A stretch of DNA of 64,000 nucleotides from positions 117,986,001 through 118,050,000 of the forward strand of contig NC_043000.1 of the NCBI RefSeq assembly GCF_006345805.1, read 5' to 3'. Under the pieces are notes generated by a model. The model was not told where the DNA came from, searched no databases, and worked only from the letters and a program-made list of their open reading frames with translations. The stretch is from Octopus sinensis. Lineage: Eukaryota. Below, in pieces: positions 1-14,392 of the stretch (its first letter is position 1; the number at the start of each line of letters is the position of its first letter). The position numbers and the translations under genes are program-made.

Positions 1-392
1 AGTAAAAGTCTCAATATTTTCCTTTTTTCCTTTCTTCTTTTTTTTTTTGATTTTTTTTTTTGTAGAGAGAGAGAGAGAGGGGGGTGAGAAAAGGAAAGAG
101 ATCAAAATAAGGTAAAAGATCTTTCGTATCCCGAGAGATTCACACGTTTTAATGAATAGCTGCTCTATGCCCCTTGAAAATGGGTAATATAAATCAAACA
201 TTTAAGATTATAACGGTGACTAGATCTTAAAACATTATTTATGTTTAACCTTAGCGAACTTGACTACTTACTAAATTATAAATACTGATATCAGTTTTCA
301 AATCAACCCCGCTTTTTTTTTTAGTTCGTCCCTTTTTCTTGTTTTTGCTTTCGTTTTTGCTTTGCATATCTTCATAAAAATTACGCATGTAA

Positions 393-1130
393 TTGTTGTT
401 TAGTCCCAGGTTAGTTATGATCAGAGCCATAGAAGTTTCAATGAGGGTCCTACGCAGTACCAGTTGAAAAATGCCGGCAAATTGGGAAATCCCCGAGGTC
501 CCCGTCTTAAAGGACGCTCCGTGCTTTGGGATGCCATATCATGTTTGGGTTGTTCAATATGCAAGGAAGAAAATGTGAAAATAATAAATAGATTAATCAT
601 TTTAATATCACATTTGATAAATTGTAATAAATACTTTCCTTCAAAATTTACCGTTTTTTTTTTTTACTTATTTTCAGAATATTTTGAAATTTATTTTCAA
701 GAATGTAAAAATCTCACTTTTCCAGGGCACCTACAACCTTAGAACTGCTACGTAAATGATCATATTTTCGAACAATCTTTATAAGAAAAACAGCCCACTC
801 CCTTGGATCTTAAGAGGAAATTTCCCCCACCCTCTATCAAGACTTGAACGTAGTCTTCTTCCGCCTTGTAAAATTTTCCTTGGGGATCCTGATCGAAGTC
901 CACCTAACTGTGATCATAGAGTATTTTCCCACGTATAGTACATTTAGAAGTACATAATTAAATATGTGCTTCATATTTTTAAGGCAGCAAGATAATTTAA
1001 GGGCGATTTGGTTGTTATTTCTAACATATCGGGCAGCCATCTCGAGGTTCCATCTTTGGTTCAAGAGAAAACGACAGGTCCGATAATCCCAAGTTCGATT
1101 TTGGGAAAGAAAAAACCCATTTCTTTTCTC
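393..1130 (-). mobile_element. Heavily decayed RTE-type LINE 3' portion
   Basis: Minus-strand translation gives TSRWLPDMLEITTKSPL, resembling the RTE RLRWxGHxxRM motif. It ends in ctaacctgggactaaacaacaa, an RTE/SINE-like tail. Many stops and frameshifts. Confidence 0.35.
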
Positions 1131-1179
1131 GCAATATTATTGCTTCTTTAGAACATCACAGCTTCAGCGGGATATGACG

Positions 1180-1657
1180 TTACGCACTGGGATCGATATA
1201 ATCGACTTAATCCATTTATCTGTCTTTGTTTGTCCCCTCTGTGTTTAGCCCCTTGTGGGCAATAAAGAAATAAGAAACGTTAGCACGCTAGGTGAAATGC
1301 GTAGCCGTATTTCGTCTGCCGCTACGTTCTCAGTTCAAATTCCGCCGAGGTTGACTTTGCCTTTCATCCTTTCGGGGTTGATAAATTAAGTACCAGTTTC
1401 GCACTGGGTCGATGTAATCGACTTAATCCGTTTATCTGTCCTAGTTTGTCCCCTCTGTGTGTAGTCCCTTGTGAGCAGTAAAGAAATAGGTATTTCGTCT
1501 GCTGTTACGTTCTGAGTTCAAATTCCGCTAAGGCCGACTTTGCCTTTCATCCTTCCGTGGTCGATAAATTAAATATCAGTTGCGTACTGAGGTCGATCTA
1601 ATCGACTGGCCTCCTCCACCAAAATTTCGGGCCTTGTTTCTAGAGTAGAAAAGAATA
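1180..1657 (+). mobile_element. SINE family A trimer (tail1 | head-body-tail1 | partial head-body-tail2)
   Basis: Repeated core gagttcaaattccgccgaggtcgactttgcctttcatcctttcggggtcgataaattaagtaccag with B-box-like GAGTTCAAATTCC. Tail1 is ttgtcccctctgtgtttagccccttgtgggcaataaagaaata and tail2 is ccaaaatttcgggccttgt..tagagtagaaaaga. Confidence 0.9.
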
Positions 1658-2148
1658 TAATATTTCCTTGAGGTAATGACTGCCAATGAGGTAGTCAATA
1701 CGTGGTTTCTTTACCTGTTAGAAATAGTAGCCAAGATTTCTATAAAATCACTCAATACGGTTTTAAGACGTGACGATTATGTTGTTCAATATATTTGTTT
1801 TAATATTGATTATATCTGAAAATGTGATAGGAAGGAGACTGTTTAAACATCTTTATTCATACATGAATTCTGTTGCGGTTCACCTACGGCAGGTTTTCTC
1901 AATATCTTGTAGCTCAGCCCCTTATTTTACAGAATGTCGTATTTCACTGACGCTCATCTCCCATGTTTTGGACACAAAGCAACAGCAACACAATCACAGA
2001 GCAAATTATTTTATTCAGACAGACCTAATTTTGTGCAGTGGTATAATTAGCTAGATTTTTCTTTTTAGTTTTTGCGTGGACTAGTGACCCCTGTGTTAAA
2101 TAATTAGGGAAATTACTAAAGAAAATAAGGACCTAGTGAAATTATATT

Positions 2149-3284
<1,136 letters not shown>

Positions 3285-3287
3285 TTA

Positions 3288-3424
3288 AGGGTTTCTAAGA
3301 GATACCAACATTCCAGAGATAGCAGTCAAAATTTGACTCTAAAACTACGACACGATATATGAAGTGGTTTTAGTGTCAAGTTTTGACTGCTATCTGTTGC
3401 ATGGTGGTATTTCTTAGATACCCT
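3288..3424. repeat. Fold-back inverted repeat, ~61-bp arms and 15-nt loop
   Basis: agggtttctaagagatacca...tctaaaactac versus gtggttttagtgtcaag...tttcttagataccct. Confidence 0.85.
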
Positions 3425-3529
3425 GATTTATAATTTTAATAATAATTAATACCAATAAGGTTTTTATTCACATGCTGGCCACTTGATATGATCGGTATTT
3501 TAAATAACGATCTTATGCTTATATATATA

Positions 3530-4095
3530 CAGTCGTCCTCAAAGTTATTCATACACTTGTTAATTTTTGTGATTTTTTTAACTTTTGTGATTAAATGAAT
3601 GCATTTTGTCAAGGTTGTTTATGAGTTGTATGTGACCAACACGTGAAAGAATAACAACAATACACTCTATTCAAGAAATTCTACTTTTCAAGGGTATTTT
3701 ATCCAAGGATTTTCAAAAAATGCCATGTTCAAAAATATTCACACCCTAGGTTTACTGAGTCTAATATCCTTATTTAATAGTCAATAGCATAGCAATTGTT
3801 TTTATGTCTGCTTCTAGACGATTCTTGTATGTGTCCACAAGCTCACTGCAAGTCTCCTGTGGGATCTTGGTCCACACTTCCTTGGTGAAAGCCTCGAGCT
3901 GGGTCAGGTCGATCGGTTGCCTAGCCATCACTCTGGTCTTCAAGTCCCACCACAAGTTCTCGATCAGATTCAGGTCAGGACTCTGATTTGGTCATTCTAG
4001 GACGTTGACATCCGTATGGTCAAATATTTAAAGCTTCGTCCCATCAGACCACAGGATGGTTAACTAAAAGCCGGGATCTTGTTTCAGATGATCTC
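3530..4095 (-). mobile_element. Tc1-family transposon right end, internally deleted
   Basis: TA|CAGT terminus at 3530, with internal direct repeats attcatacac/attcacaccc (IR/DR type). The minus strand reads ILWSDGTKL.. fused to [31 protein letters not shown]. Confidence 0.85.
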
Positions 4096-4699
4096 TAATG
4101 AGACGAAATTGGAATTATTTGGCCGGATGGAAGCTGAATACGTCTGGAGGAAGAAAGGAGAAGCATACAAGTCGAAGAACTCTTTGCCGACTGTCAAGCA
4201 TGTTAGTGGAAACATAATGCTATGGGGATGCTTCTCTTCCAGTGGCACAAGGAACCTTGTCAAGGTCCAAGGAATCATGAGAAAGGAGGATTACATCAGG
4301 ATCCTTGATGAAAACGTGAAGGAATCTGCTGAGAAACTCCAACTCCACTACAACTGGAAGTACCAACAGGACAATGATCCAAAACATGCTGCTAAGGTAG
4401 TGAAGAAATGGTTAAACGACAATGACGTCAACGTCCTAGAATGGCCAAGTCAGAGTCCTGACCTGAATCTGACCGAGAACTTGTGGCAAGACTTGAAAAC
4501 CAGAGTGATGTCTAGGAAATCGATCGACCTGACCCTGCTCGAGGCTTTCACCAAGGAAGAGTGGGCCAACATCCCACAGGAGACAAGCAGTAAGCTTGAG
4601 GATACATACAAGAATCGTCTTGAAGCATTCATAAAAAGAAAGTCTATGCTATTGACTATTAAATGAAGATATTAGACTCAGTAAACATAGGGTGTGAAT
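4079..4699 (+). pseudogene. Tc1 (DD34E) transposase catalytic-domain fragment
   Basis: ORF 4079-4666 contains SNETK (first catalytic D mutated), PTVKH..GNIMLWGCF, QQDNDPKH and WPSQSPDLNLTENLW. The N-terminal DNA-binding domain is absent and the right end is cut by a SINE A copy at 4700. Confidence 0.92.
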
Positions 4700-4942
4700 T
4701 GTCCCCTCTATGTTTAACCCTTTGTGGGAAATAAAGAAATAAGAAACGTTAGCACGCCGGACGAAATGCTTAGTAATATTTCGTCTGTCTTTACGCTCTG
4801 AGTTCAATTTCCGCCGAGGTCGACTTTTCGTTTCATTCTTTCGGGGTCGATAAATTAAGTACCAGTTGCATACTGGAGTCGATCCAATCGACAGATCCCC
4901 TCCCCAAAAATTTCGGGCCTTGTGCCTAGTGTAGAAAAGATT
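4700..4942 (+). mobile_element. SINE A (tail1 stub joined to head-body-tail2)
   Basis: tgtcccctctatgtttaaccctttgtgggaaataaagaaata|agaaacgttagcacgccgg... ending gggccttgtgcctagtgtagaaaaga. Confidence 0.9.
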
Positions 4943-4944
4943 AT

Positions 4945-5060
4945 TTTATCCATCTCCGAAGGTTGAAAGGTAAAATCGACCTAGGTGGAATTTGAACTCA
5001 GAACATAAAAAAGGACGAAATACTTCTGAACATTTTGCCCGGCGTGCTAACGATTCTGAC
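4945..5060 (-). mobile_element. Older SINE A fragment
   Basis: gaaaggtaaaatcgacctaggtggaatttgaactcagaac...ggcgtgctaacgattctg. Confidence 0.75.
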
Positions 5061-5774
5061 TTCAAGTATGTAATTTCAGCAAATAACTTGGGATCCTTTT
5101 ATTGACCCTGATCGCAATTCTTTTATATTCGTTCAGCATCTGGCGGTTGTCTTAGAGGTGCCTTGTGTTAAAAAATATCATACGTAACAGACGTTCTCTC
5201 GACATCGTTAACACCCACCTTACCTGGCTCAGAAGTTACAGTCCCAGTTGTTGTCTATAATGGTAAAACTTAAAAGGAATTCAAATTCTATACTTTTTTA
5301 AAGCAATAAATTTCTATAGAGATTAGGATTTAAATTCCAATCTATGAAAAGTTTCCGTTTTACAATATTCTTAAAGGAACGAAAATCTATCCAACAACTC
5401 GGGCTAATACGGAAGAGCCTGTTAGATGTAAAAGATTAACTGACATCTCTTGTCAAGAGTACAGGCGACAGTCGGATCTCTGATGTTTGTTGTGCACTCT
5501 ACTGTCGTTATTTGATTGCTGTTATTCTGTGTGTCTGTGCGTAAAGATCATTTGTATTTCGCAGGGTTGCTTTATTTTTACTTTTAACTTAGAAGTGGAG
5601 GATGTCATCGTGCCATATATAAAAAAATATGCCATCTGGAGCTAGAAATAAAGCGAAACGTGAAAGTTTTCGAGCAGTCATGTGTCATGCTAAATTTGTG
5701 ATGAGCCCGAGTAACACTGAAGACCTGGAGTCGCCTCTGATATATGTTTATAAATCAATAGAGCGAATCGATTC

Positions 5775-5975
5775 TGGGCACCGGTTGTCGAGAGGTCTGC
5801 GAGACAAGCACAGACACAAAGACACACATACACACATATACGACGGGGCTTCTTTCAATTTCCATCATACAAATCCACTCACAAGGCCTTGGTTGGTCCT
5901 TGGTCCAGTGGGTCTGAACCCGGAACTATGTGGTTGGGAAGCAAACTTCTAACCACACAGCCACGCCAGCGCCTA
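5775..5975 (-). mobile_element. SINE B, partial
   Basis: aaatccactcacaaggccttggtt...gaacccggaactatgtggttgggaagcaaacttctaaccacacagccacgcc. Confidence 0.8.
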
Positions 5976-6272
5976 TATATTGTGTATGTGTGTATGTGTG
6001 TATTGAGTGGTGGGCATTAGAATATGAGATAATTTCGTTCGTATTTTTCTAATTGTAACATCATCATCATTATCATCATCATCATCATCATTATCATCAT
6101 TATCATCTTATGTCTGAAAAGAGGTAAAATTTATTCAAATTTCAAAAACGATAAATAAAAGTTACAGAGGAAGAACAGAGGTACAAATTAAAATAAAATC
6201 ATAAAGCACGACAATAATTGGGGTTTTTTTTTTCATGTTAATTCAGATAGCATTGGAAAGGGTTCAAATATT

Positions 6273-6494
6273 TATTTCTTTACTACCCACAAGGGGCTAA
6301 ACACAGACGGGACAAATAAGGACAGACAAACGGATTAAGTCGATTACATCGACCCCAGTGAACTGGTACTTAATTTATCGACCCCGAAAGGATGAAAGGC
6401 AACGTCGACCTCGGCGGAATTTGAACTCAGAACGTAGCGGCAGACAAAATACCGCTAAGCATTTCGCCCGGCATGCTAACGTTTCTGCCAGCTC
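6273..6494 (-). mobile_element. SINE A monomer with 13-bp target-site duplication
   Basis: Near full-length copy flanked by gggttcaaatatt at 6260-6272 and 6495-6507. Confidence 0.93.
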
Positions 6495-6651
6495 GGGTTC
6501 AAATATTATGAAACAGGAAAGTAAACATTTAAATGAACTAATTTATCTGACAGCCAACAATTATATATTCATTTAACTTCTTCAATTTTCCCACCCGCAA
6601 ATTCTTGTAGAGTAATGGTTTTTCGCTTCTAAAACAACGAGAATACAATCA

Positions 6652-6817
6652 GACGCGGGCGTGGCTGTGCGATGAGAGGTTTGTATCTCAAACACTTGGT
6701 ACCAGCTTCATTTCCACTGCGTGATGCCTTGGGCAAGTATCTTCTGCAATAGCCTCGGTCCGACTAAAAACCTTTGTGATGGATTGGGATTCGTAAAGGA
6801 AACTGAAGTAAGACCAT

Positions 6818-6888
<71 letters not shown>

Positions 6889-7087
6889 TTTTATTTGTTC
6901 CAGTCATTTGACTGCGGCCATGCTGGAGCACCGCCTTTAGTCGAACAAATCCACCCCAGAACTTATTCTTTGTAAGCCTAGTACTTATTCTATCGGTCAC
7001 TTTTGTCGAACCGCTACGTTACGGGGACGTAAACACAGCTCTACTAAAAGACACTTACCCAAGGTACTACACAGTGAAATATATATA

Positions 7088-7130
<43 letters not shown>

Positions 7131-7137
7131 GTATATA

Positions 7138-7173
<36 letters not shown>

Positions 7174-7205
7174 TGTATGTATGTATGTATGTATGTGTAT
7201 GCATA

Positions 7206-7243
<38 letters not shown>

Positions 7244-7465
7244 TGTCTGTGTTTGTCCCCTATCACTGCGTAATAACCGGTGTTTGGTGTATTTACGTAC
7301 ATTTAACTTAGCGAGTTGACAAAAGGGCCTGATAGAATAAGTACCAGGCTTGTTATAAAAAACAAAAAATAAGTACTGGGGTCGACTTTTCAGCTAAAAA
7401 TTCTTCAAGGCGGTGCCCCAGCATGGACGTAGTCTAATGACTGAAACAAGTATAAGATAAAAGGC
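6652..7465. mobile_element. Cluster of SINE B pieces (+ head 6652-6820, - tail 6887-7040, + tail 7240-7465) with microsatellites
   Basis: Matches to the B head (ccttgggcaagtatcttct) and B tail (gactgcggccatgctggagcaccgcc; gatagaataagtaccaggc). Confidence 0.8.
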
Positions 7466-7979
7466 TAAAAGACTAAAAGAAATAATAATCTGCCTCCATC
7501 TCACCAGATGGCCAGTGGTATATTTTCCGTTCTCGTTTTATTTTATCATCTGTTTAACACTCACAGAAATATATACCGAATCGCATCACTACACCGCGTT
7601 CTTATGCAATTAACCTCGGGGCAAGAGGTTAGGGTAGAGTTACAATTTATTTCTTAAAAAATGTCACTCGTGTAACCAAATACAATCATTTATAAACTGA
7701 TTGGGTCCTTATGATTTTATTTCATATTGCAAATCTATCACCTCATAAGTTTACTTTCTGGATGCCTGCTTATGATATTAGATATGTATACAAAATAGGA
7801 GAGTGTGTTAAAAATTTAGACAAAAGCAAGAATATATAAAAAAGAAAAACTAATATAGACTCACTATGCATATAATATTATACATATGTTGCTATGTATA
7901 TAATATGGCACTTGAGTCAGTGCAGATATTTATGTATGGCATGTACAGATGTACAAGCAGCGACGAAGCCATACGTATT

Positions 7980-8315
7980 AGTATATATGGATGTATGTAG
8001 ATGTATGTGTGTATGTGTGTAAGTATGTATATGTGTGTGAGTGTATATATATACATATATATATATATATATCATGTATGTGTGTGCAATTTGACATGTG
8101 TATGCATGTATGTATAAATAGATACACACTCGGACACAAAATTTAAATATTACTTTTACAGATACATATGTACAAATACGTAAATGTGTATTTTTTGTAG
8201 TTATATGTATGTGTATATATATATAATATATATATATATTTAATATATATAAGAGATCAAAGTGTACGTACGCCACTATATATATATAATATATATAAAT
8301 ACAAAATGGGACATA

Positions 8316-8358
<43 letters not shown>

Positions 8359-8488
8359 TATATATAATATATATATAAATATATATATATACATGTATAT
8401 ACATATATATACATGTATATACACATATGTATATACATATATAGATACATATACATACATATATACATGCACCTATATACATACATAT

Positions 8489-8519
<31 letters not shown>

Positions 8520-8617
8520 CATATATATACATATATATATAGATGCATAATACGTATATATATATATATATACATAGATACATACATATGTACATATGTA
8601 TATATATATATATATCT

Positions 8618-8677
<60 letters not shown>

Positions 8678-8850
8678 ATATATATATATACATTTATATA
8701 TACACACACACAACCATACATTCACGCACACGTATATTCGTGCACATACACACTCACACACATATATATTTATAAGTATATATACGCTTGTATGTCTATG
8801 TTCATATATAGTTGCCCACACATGCACGCACATACATGCGTTTATAAGCA
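7980..8850. repeat. Degenerate (TA)n/(CA)n low-complexity tract
   Basis: Read directly. Source of the spurious YI-rich ORFs. Confidence 0.95.
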
Positions 8851-8947
8851 AAATATAAAAAAAAGCTGTCAACGCACGAAGTGGACAATATACTTGTAGG
8901 TAGGCAGTTAATACCATTTCTCAGAGTGTATATAGTCAATAAAGCAG

Positions 8948-9892
8948 GTGTCTAATCCATCAAATGGTCATGTTGTGTAAAGCCTTGGCCTCGTTCAGCT
9001 TGAAAGAGTGTTCATTATTTGTTGGTGGTATACTAGATTCCCATTGGAAGATCCGAGTCACGCGTTCACAAACACACACACACACGCGCGCGCGTATTAT
9101 ATAATACAATATAATATAATATTATATATGTAACTATGTTATATATTATATATATATATATATATGAATTTTTTTGCGTAATGCGATAAAAAAACCAAGC
9201 TGTATAGATATTTAGAGCATTTATAGATAAAAGTCTTAGTCTCAGTTTTTTTTTTTTCAGACGTTTCTAGAATATTTACTAAATAATATACCTTCGTCGG
9301 AGCCGGTGTGATTTGTGGAGGAAAAAGTTACAGGTCATAGTTAGTTTCGATGTGATACAAAATAGAGAATGAGTGGAGGAAAGAAAATATGCGTAAGATA
9401 TGTATGATTATTAGTTCATAATATATATATATTATTATATATATAATAATCATACATATCTTACGCATATTTTCTTTCCTCCACCTCATTCTCTATTTTG
9501 TATCACATCGAAACTAACTATGACTTAACTTTTCCTCTCACACCGTCTCCGACGAAGGGATATTATTATTAATTATTATTCTAGAAACAGCTGTAAGACC
9601 TTCTATCTATAAATGCTCTAATATCTATACAGCCTTGGTTTTTTTATCGCATTACGCAAAAAAATTCATATATTATATATATATATATATATATACATAG
9701 TTACATATATAATATAATATATTATATTGTATTATATAATACGCGCGCGCGCGTGTGTGTGTGTGTGTTTGTGAACGCGTGACTCGGATCTTCCAATGGG
9801 AATCTAGTATACCACCAACAAATAATGAACACTCTTTCAAGCTGAACGAGGCCAAGGCTTTACACAACATGACCATTTGATGGATTAGACAC
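8948..9892. repeat. Long palindrome, ~470-bp arms, centre near 9430
   Basis: gtgtctaatccatcaaatggtcatg... at 8948 is the reverse complement of ...catgaccatttgatggattagacac ending at 9892. The outer arms look identical and the inner arms differ by indels. Confidence 0.95.
9545..9599 (+). ncRNA. Minimal type I hammerhead-ribozyme-like motif (variant core) in a Penelope-like terminal repeat
   Basis: GTCT-CCGACGA-stem II (gggata..tattct)-GAAAC-AGCT-GTA-AGAC. Stem I is GTCT/AGAC and stem III is the palindrome ACAGCTGT. The core has C instead of U at position 4. Confidence 0.55.
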
Positions 9893-10861
9893 ACACACAC
9901 ATACACACAAGTGATTTTACGATTATACATCATAACTTAAGCTTAAATTAGACTATAGATCATAAGCTTTACAATAATTGAGGCATATGTCATGATTCAA
10001 AGCACAAGAAGAATTTTGCCTCTTATTCTTCGCAAAATGTGATAACTGGTGTCAAATCGCCAAGAAGAGAATAACAATAGTTTAATCATTTGTTGGTTTA
10101 ATAACAATTACAATAAAATGAATTCAGATTTGCTTAGTTCCGTAACGAAACGCTATTGCTCGATCTTGGAAATGACTGTTCATTCGTACTTTACAAATAT
10201 GCTGAAATACGTAACAACGTAAATGGCACTGATATAAATAGCATCTTCCATGTTCGGGGAAACTCTGCTTGTTTGGTAAAAATGCTGTGTATGGGCTAAT
10301 ACACAGTGTACATACGACAGACAGAGCTGAGGTATGTGAATTTCCAAACGATTTGAGTTTGTGTATGGTTTGTCAATGTTGTTTTGACAGACAATTGCTG
10401 TATGTTGTATAGTCGCCGATCAAATTTACTCATTCCGTTAACCAGGTAAAATATTTATGCAATCTAATACCAAAGCTGTTTTCCTGTGTTTTGGTCGTAC
10501 TTTTCAAAAATAAAAACTGGCTTCTACCATTGAAGACACATTTTATTTTCATAAGAAACACAAACAATATCAATAAACGTACAAGGCCATACATATTTCG
10601 GTTGTTCGTTTCTAAGATAAAGAAAAAAAGGACTTCTAAGATTGAAGTCATACATATCCGGACTGATAGTCAACCAATGTCTTTTACTATAGCCTTGTGA
10701 GCGAATTGGTTGACGAAAATTGAAAGAAACCTGTCTTGTATTTGTGCAAACATGAAAAATAGGACGGTAGAACGGTGATGATATACAATACAATATAATA
10801 TAATATAATATAGTATTCATTATATACATATACTTGCATGTAAATGTGCATATATATATAG

Positions 10862-10893
<32 letters not shown>

Positions 10894-10963
10894 GTGTGTG
10901 TGTGTGTGTGTGTATGATATATATATATTTATGTATATATATAATATGTGCATTTACATGCAA

Positions 10964-10994
<31 letters not shown>

Positions 10995-11003
10995 ATATAT
11001 ATA

Positions 11004-11145
11004 TTGGAGTGATCTCAAGATTAATCAGCCGAAATTGCGAGGATGATCCGGTTCTTGACTGAAGATTAGAGGCTTCGAATGACCCGTCCGTTTTTTGTGT
11101 CGTCTCTTCGAGTGTTTTGCGTTCTTGTCCCATTTTGTATTTTTA
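11004..11145 (+). repeat. Dispersed repeat embedded in (TA)n, with related copies at 43380-43780 and 54840-54990 (minus strand); possibly a Penelope-like terminal repeat
   Basis: Shared motif ctcaagattaatcagccgaaatt..gatgatccggttcttgactgaaga. Confidence 0.65.
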
Positions 11146-11187
11146 TATATATATTTTTAATATATATATATACATAAATATATACAT

Positions 11188-11218
<31 letters not shown>

Positions 11219-11269
11219 AGAGAAAGAGAGAGAGAGATAGATAGATAGTCTTTTACTTGTTACTGTAAT

Positions 11270-11430
11270 TTGACTGCGGCTATGCCGGAACACCGCCTTT
11301 AGTCGAGCAAATCGATCCCAGGACTTATTCTTTGTAAGCCTGCTACTTATTCTATCGGTCTCTTTGCCGAACCGCTGGATTTCGGGGACTAAACCACACT
11401 AGCATCGGTTGTCAAGCGATGTTGGGGTGG
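11270..11430 (-). mobile_element. SINE B 3' half
   Basis: ttgactgcggctatgccggaacaccgcctttagtcgagcaaatcgatcccaggacttattctttgtaagcc. Confidence 0.85.
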
Positions 11431-11455
11431 ATAAACCTACATAAATACATACATG

Positions 11456-11520
<65 letters not shown>

Positions 11521-12419
11521 TATAATATATATACATATATATATATACACACACTATATATACATACATACATACATACATATATATATATATATACATA
11601 CATAATATATATATTATAGTATATATATATATATATATATACAAAAACTTTTCATACACCCCTTGTGTATATATATGTGCGTGTGTAGATATGTATGCGT
11701 GCGTGTAAATGTATATATGTATATGTATATATATATATTATATATATATATATATATAATATATATATATATATAATACACAAACATAAGCACATACATA
11801 CATATATGTATGTGTGCGCGCGCGTGTGTGTGTTTGTCTCCCCTGCAGCTTGACAACTGATGTTGGTTTGTCGACTAAACTCTTCGAGCTGGTGCCCCAG
11901 CATGGCCGCAGTCCAATGACTGAAACAAGTAGTAGAATAAAAGATAAAAATGTCTGATGATGGAAGTTCTTTTTTTCCTTTAAAAGCTTGCCATAACTCC
12001 AGTTTTATTATTTATGTAAATATATGAATTTGAAACAAATCTAAAACATGTAAAGTAAAGACGTAAAATCGGGCAAAAACAGAACAAACCTATTATATTT
12101 TTAATTACTTTTAACATCAGAATAACGAATTTTTTTTTCTATGTCCATTATTTAACGTATATTGTTTGGTATACGGAGAAAAACAGGAAAAAGGAGGAAG
12201 AGACCAAATAAATAGTAAGTAGGATCGAGAGAGAGAGAGAGAGAGAGAGTGAGAGACATACAGACAGACAGAGTTACAGGGTTTATGATTGTGAGTTAAT
12301 ATAAATACGTTGGTTATGAATAGTAGCGAATGCTTCAAATGTAATTTTAATTTTGTTACGAAACTTTTCAAACTCGAACATTTGGAAACTTTTCTTTTCT
12401 TCACTCTTTATCATCATCA

Positions 12420-12472
<53 letters not shown>

Positions 12473-13732
12473 TATTCTTTTCGTTATTCTATGAATCGGA
12501 AGAGAGTGGTCGGAAGGAAAGTTTTGAATTTTGTTCTTAAAAGTAATTACATAATCCTACAGGGAATAGAAAGACTGTAATATATACAATATGGAATCTG
12601 TTGGTTTCACTCAAAGCCCTAGGTTAGCATATCTGCTAGACTATTAAAACTAACCAATCCTTTAATGTTAAACGCAGAAAAGAATTTAACTGTTTTTGGC
12701 TGTAATTTTTTGGATACCATAAAAAAAAAGTGAGATGTTTTAGCTTAAAACGCATTAGGAGATTAATTTTTTTACGCTGCATCATTACAGACAAACGTTT
12801 TACGAGTCAATCTCATCTTTGGCACCAAAATAATAATAAAAATTAGTGGTAATAATATTCGTCTGAAAAATGTTTTGTTTAGAGGTTCGCTTTGTAAATA
12901 CGTGGTTTCAAGTTCAGTACCACTGCGCGGCACCTTGAGTACTACCTTGAGGGTGAATTTGGTTGACAGGAACCAGAACCGTATTGAAGACCGTAATATA
13001 TACATATATATGCGTGTGTGTGAGTGTGTGTGTATGTGTGTGTATATGTATATGTATGTATGTATATGTGTGCGTGTGTGTGCGTATGTTTGTCACTCTT
13101 TCATCGTTTTACAGCTGGTGTCGTTTTTTTTATGAAAATTCTCCAAAGCGGTGCCCTAGCATGGCCGCAATCCAATTACTAAAGCAAATACATAATAAAA
13201 GATATCGATTTGTCATAGCGTATATAAATCGGTCCAGATGATCACTGTCGCTTGCTTTATCAACCGTAACTTTGAAAGGAAAAAAAACAATCTGCTTTGG
13301 TGACAGACTGACACATTATATTGCATATAAATTCATACTTAAATACAAACTTGCATACATACACTGATACATATGCGCATAGGAATTTGACAGGAATGAA
13401 ATTAATGTGTTAAAAAATCTGGCTGCAACTGATGAGGAACGCAGAACTACGTGAGACTCAACTGCTGCAGTCAGTTTTTCTAACTTAAAGGATGTGAAAC
13501 CCTGCTGGTGCACATTGATGCCTTTCGTGTCAACTCTTTCTTAAAGAAGTACGATGCTCGAAACAGCAAGCTTAGTGCATTCTTTTAGTTGATTTGATTT
13601 TTCTAGATAATAAATATCTTGCCGACTTAGACCAATACCAGCCTCTCTCAACTCTACTTAGGGTTTGAAGAAACGCTGTAAAACTAAGCGCTTTGTGGAC
13701 GCGAAAGCCAAGGTATCCCCATAGACCGGCCA

Positions 13733-14130
<398 letters not shown>

Positions 14131-14134
14131 TACG

Positions 14135-14370
14135 CAGTAATCCTTCGACTATCACGGGTGTTACGTTCCAAAACCTCCCACAGAAATAATTAAAATCTAA
14201 AAAAATATAAATACCTATCGGCTGCAGAAACCCGCGATATACTGAGTATTCCGCGATATAAATTTACATATACTAGTCAGAAAAATCCACGATGTACTGA
14301 GTGCACGATAGGTGAACCACGATGTACTGAGTGCGCGATAGGTGAACCGCGATATGGCCAGGGATTTCTG
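14135..14370 (+). mobile_element. pogo/Tigger-like MITE
   Basis: TIR cagtaatccttcg ... cagggatttctg|ta. Same family as 53475, 53988 and 61196. Confidence 0.8.
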
Positions 14371-14392
14371 TATATATGTATGTATGCATATA

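Noticed and set aside
5629-5952. 107-aa ORF starting MPSGARNKAKR
   Set aside because: The second half is SINE B sequence, and the resemblance of the start to hAT N-termini is too short to support a call.
10241-10336. Possible exon ending GAG|gtatgt
   Set aside because: Weak acceptor and an unrecognisable peptide.
13428-13460. CTGATGAG as a hammerhead core, or a small exon EFDRNEINVLKNLAATDEERRT
   Set aside because: There is no stem II followed by GAAA, and the acceptor lacks a pyrimidine tract.
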